Source of the DNA: Pirellulales bacterium
Lineage (GTDB): Bacteria; Planctomycetota; Planctomycetia; Pirellulales; PALSA-1355
DNA: 64,000 nucleotides
Assembly: GCA_963733035.1 (NCBI GenBank)
Contig: CAVTBU010000008.1
Span: 416,001-480,000, forward strand
Direction: 5' to 3'
Shown here: positions 60,926 to 64,000 of the stretch, piece by piece
How positions within the stretch are numbered: the first letter of the stretch is position 1
Layout of the letters: every line of letters starts with the position of its first letter
Position numbers and translations under genes: made by a program
Notes under the pieces: generated by a model
What the model saw: the letters and a program-made list of their open reading frames with translations, nothing else
Told to the model about the DNA's origin: nothing
Databases searched by the model: none

Positions 60926-62690
60926 TGGGTGCGTTTCCTGATTCAAGCGTTGACGTATCGCCTTCCGGCAAACCCAGCTCGCGGGCCTTGAGCAAGCGCC
61001 GCATGATCTTGCCGCTACGTGTTCGCGGGAGCGTTTCGACGAATTCGATTTCCTTGGGTGCGATCGCCGCGCCGAGACGCACCCTGGCAAAACCCAACAG
61101 CTCACGTCGCAGTTCGTCGGACGGTTCGTAGCCGTCATGCAGCGAAAGGAACGCCTTGATCACTTCCCCAGCCACCGGATCGGGTTTGCCGATCACGCCC
61201 GCTTCGGCAACAGACGGATGTTCAAGGAACGTGCTCTCGACTTCAAAGGGTCCCACCAGGTGACCCGAAGTCTTGATCACGTCGTCCTTTCGACCCACGA
61301 ACCAGAAGTAGCCGTCTTGGTCGCGGCGCGCCAGGTCGCCGGTCAGGTAGTAGCCGCCGACAAAACACTTCTGGTATCGCTCGGGCGCATTCCAATAGGC
61401 GCGAAACATGGACGGCCAGCCGGGCCGTAGCGCCAACTCTCCCTCAACATTGGGTTCGACGACTTCCTCGACTCCGCCACCGTCGCGCGTTCTGACAATG
61501 GCGGCCTCGATGCCCGGCAACGGTCGTCCCATTGAACCGGGGCGAATCTCCATGCTGGCGTAGTTGGCCACCATGATCCCGCCCGTCTCGGTTTGCCACC
61601 AGTTATCGTGAAACGGCAAGCCGAGCGCTTCGCGCCCCCAGACGACCGCCTCGGGATTCAGAGGCTCGCCGACGCTCGCCAGAAACCGCAAAGTCGAGAG
61701 ATCATAGTTCTGCGCAACGTCGGCACCCACTTTCATGAGCATGCGAATTGCCGTGGGCGCGGTATACCACACCGTTACATGCTGGTCCTGTAAGAGCCGA
61801 TACCAGCGATCCGCATCGAAGTCCGCTTCGTCGACGATGCTCGTCACGCCGTTTGTCAGAGGGGCGATGATGCCATATGAAGTGCCGGTAACCCAGCCAG
61901 GGTCAGCAGTACACCAGAAAATGTCATCCGGATGCAGATCAAGCGCCAACCTGCCGGTCGTATGGTGTGCGACGACCGCCTGGTGGACATGAACCGCGCC
62001 CTTGGGCGTGCCCGTCGTGCCGCTGGTAAAGTGGAGCAGGGCGGGCAATTCCGGATCGGTGGGCTCAATGGCGTATTGCATGTCCGCCGAGTCCATCAGG
62101 CTGCGGTAGTCGTGAGTGCCGGGAATGGCCGTCGGCTGCTCGCCGATTACGATCACGTGCTCCAACGTCGGTAGCCGGTTTCGCAATTTGGCCACCTTGC
62201 GTTTGTAAAGCGACTCAGTGGTCACCAGCACCTTGGCCTCGCCGATCGACAGTCGGGCTTGGATTGGCTCCGGACCAAACGCCGAGAAAAGCAGTGACAG
62301 GATGCTGCGGTTCTTCCAGGTTCCGAGCGCCGCCACATACAGCTCAGGCACGCGTCCTAGAAGCAGATAGACCCGGTCGCCCGAAGCAACTCCGAGTTGC
62401 GACAAAACGTTGGCGAACTGATTCGACAGTTGGGCGAGGTCGCAAAACGTGAAGTCGCGGGTTGCACTACCTTTGCTGACCCAACGAATCGCCACCTTAT
62501 CACGCAACGGACCGGCTGCGTGGCGGTCTATCGCTTCATAGGCAATGTTCAGCCCGTGTCCACCCGGGAGTCCATCGAGCTGCCGGGCGGCTTCCTTCCA
62601 GGAGAATTCCTTGCACGCCTCGTCATAGTCAACCAAGTTCGGGGTAACTTTCCGATCCCTTGCCGATTTATCGATAACGGCCCACGTCAT
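60918..62690 (-). CDS. acsA: Acetate--CoA ligase (short AcsA type)
   Basis: [46 protein letters not shown] and [12 protein letters not shown]. Confidence 0.93.
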   Translation of the reverse strand: MTWAVIDKSARDRKVTPNLVDYDEACKEFSWKEAARQLDGLPGGHGLNIAYEAIDRHAAGPLRDKVAIRWVSKGSATRDFTFCDLAQLSNQFANVLSQLGVASGDRVYLLLGRVPELYVAALGTWKNRSILSLLFSAFGPEPIQARLSIGEAKVLVTTESLYKRKVAKLRNRLPTLEHVIVIGEQPTAIPGTHDYRSLMDSADMQYAIEPTDPELPALLHFTSGTTGTPKGAVHVHQAVVAHHTTGRLALDLHPDDIFWCTADPGWVTGTSYGIIAPLTNGVTSIVDEADFDADRWYRLLQDQHVTVWYTAPTAIRMLMKVGADVAQNYDLSTLRFLASVGEPLNPEAVVWGREALGLPFHDNWWQTETGGIMVANYASMEIRPGSMGRPLPGIEAAIVRTRDGGGVEEVVEPNVEGELALRPGWPSMFRAYWNAPERYQKCFVGGYYLTGDLARRDQDGYFWFVGRKDDVIKTSGHLVGPFEVESTFLEHPSVAEAGVIGKPDPVAGEVIKAFLSLHDGYEPSDELRRELLGFARVRLGAAIAPKEIEFVETLPRTRSGKIMRRLLKARELGLPEGDTSTLESGNAPNG

Positions 62691-63031
62691 CTTGCGACCT
62701 CGCAGTGACTAAGCATTCGAAGGTTGGCGTCGGAAACGAGTTCGCACATTCCATGCCATCTCGTTCCGATAACCGCGACGTCTGACTTTCGCGAGACACC
62801 ATGCCAAACGGGGGCAGCTCGGTCACTTCCCGGAAAGAATCTCAAACCAAAAGAATTGGGAAGCCGCTTCGTGCGAACAAACGCCTTGCCGCCAAAGACG
62901 TGCGATTTCGCTCGCGGAGCGTGCCGGAAAGCACGGCAATTGGTAAACGCCCAATCTTGGGCGGTGCCTGTATGCGAAACCCAGGGAACCGAAATCCATG
63001 CAGTTACGGTCGATCAGCGGCGCGGCCGGGG

Positions 63032-63838
63032 TCAGCGATCGAAGTTGTATTGCGGATTCTTGGGATCGAAGTCTTCATCGGTCAGACCTACGTTGAGACG
63101 GATGCAGGAATAGGTGTATTCCTCGACGAGCACGCAACCCTCGCCTGGCTTCTCGGGCCATGCATATCCTTCGTAGCGAATCGGCAAGTGCAGTTCATCG
63201 TCAACGTACACTCTGGCCATCGCGAATTGGTGTTGGGGGTTCCGTACCGGGTGAGACACCTGGACGCACCAAGTGGAGCGGCCATCGACCTTCGCTCCTT
63301 TGAACCACTTCACGTCGCAGGGACCGTCGACTTGCCGGTCGCGTTTGGCTCGTTCAATGAGCTTGGATGCCAGGTGCTTGAAGCCGATCATTGTAACCGG
63401 ATAACGCTGGCCACGCATTGCAATCAAACCGTCCGGCGCCAGCGAAACCGTGCCGATAATTTCGCCCACGCCGTGAGGATCATGGGCCAATAACATGCCG
63501 TCGTTTCGACCCTCGACGTAAATCAACTCACGACCTGCCAAGTAGGACGGTTTGAGAAACTTGAGATAGACGCTGAATGGCTCGTTGCGAATCTTGAGTT
63601 GCAAGTATTGGTAGTCTTGCAAGCGGTCGCCAACACGCTCTCGTTTCGTCAGCGTGGCGGTGTAATCTTCGATCTTTTCGGCCTGTTTGAATGTTTCTTG
63701 TGCCCAGCGAATCACGGCATCGAGTGGATGGGCTTTCTCGGCAGTCGGTTCGGCGGCCGCCGCAACGACGCACGGCAAACAAACAAGCAGCACGGCCACG
63801 CCTGAGAAGGCGCCGGCGAAGTGATTCGAATTGCTCAT
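63032..63838 (-). CDS. DUF1571 domain protein (secreted)
   Basis: Signal peptide, DYTATLTKRERVG, PFSVYLKF, GRE.IYVEG, RYPVTMIG, EEYTY and LTDEDFDPKNPQYNF. AGGAGG RBS. Confidence 0.88.
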   Translation of the reverse strand: MSNSNHFAGAFSGVAVLLVCLPCVVAAAAEPTAEKAHPLDAVIRWAQETFKQAEKIEDYTATLTKRERVGDRLQDYQYLQLKIRNEPFSVYLKFLKPSYLAGRELIYVEGRNDGMLLAHDPHGVGEIIGTVSLAPDGLIAMRGQRYPVTMIGFKHLASKLIERAKRDRQVDGPCDVKWFKGAKVDGRSTWCVQVSHPVRNPQHQFAMARVYVDDELHLPIRYEGYAWPEKPGEGCVLVEEYTYSCIRLNVGLTDEDFDPKNPQYNFDR

Positions 63839-64000
63839 GAGAATACTCCTCCTTGACGCTCGCCTTTGGTCAGCGAGATTTGTCGTTGAGAATCGTCGCG
63901 CGAGCCAAGCCCGCGCCTGATTCCCGCTCCATAGTCCATCCGTGAAGACCCGCCACATCAGGGGCGGAATATTATTGGTTGGAAGGCATCATAACAGGCC

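Noticed and set aside
1..64000. CRISPR arrays, tRNA/rRNA, IS elements, prophage or defence genes
   Set aside because: I saw no regularly spaced repeats, cloverleaf or rRNA signatures, or transposase, integrase or nuclease motifs by eye. Dedicated tools were not run.

Overview
This is a gene-dense, GC-rich bacterial window. The gene content (PEP-CTERM proteins, a 'DPLPEGA..RLG' WD40 protein, DUF1571, a MoxR/DUF58/BatA/prenyltransferase-repeat cluster, hopanoid genes) points to Planctomycetota, probably Pirellulales-like; this is inference, not a database result. About 50 CDSs can be supported. From left to right: mgtE (truncated), pdxJ, dapA, a GGDEF cyclase, an ergothioneine locus (egtD converging on egtB, an ABC importer and DUF427), several secreted and PEP-CTERM proteins, lemA, gltX, a hopanoid cluster (shc, hpnH, hpnG) with a GT-C-type glycosyltransferase, and a second DapA-family aldolase with a microcompartment-type C-terminal peptide. 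A ~35 kb run entirely on the minus strand follows. It holds a candidate amino-sugar operon (tandem GDPD, RmlD-like SDR, DegT aminotransferase, plant ARA1-like kinase, DMT transporter, DSD1-type PLP enzyme, isochorismatase), a large MoxR-VWA-thioredoxin envelope cluster, and an acsA-E1a-E1b-E2-ACP operon with no E3. At least seven genes carry single frameshifts and one apparent gene fusion may be an eighth indel. This pattern suggests long-read consensus errors rather than true pseudogenes. I saw no rRNA, tRNA, CRISPR array or transposase/integrase. All family calls come from motif recognition by eye and need HMM/BLAST confirmation.
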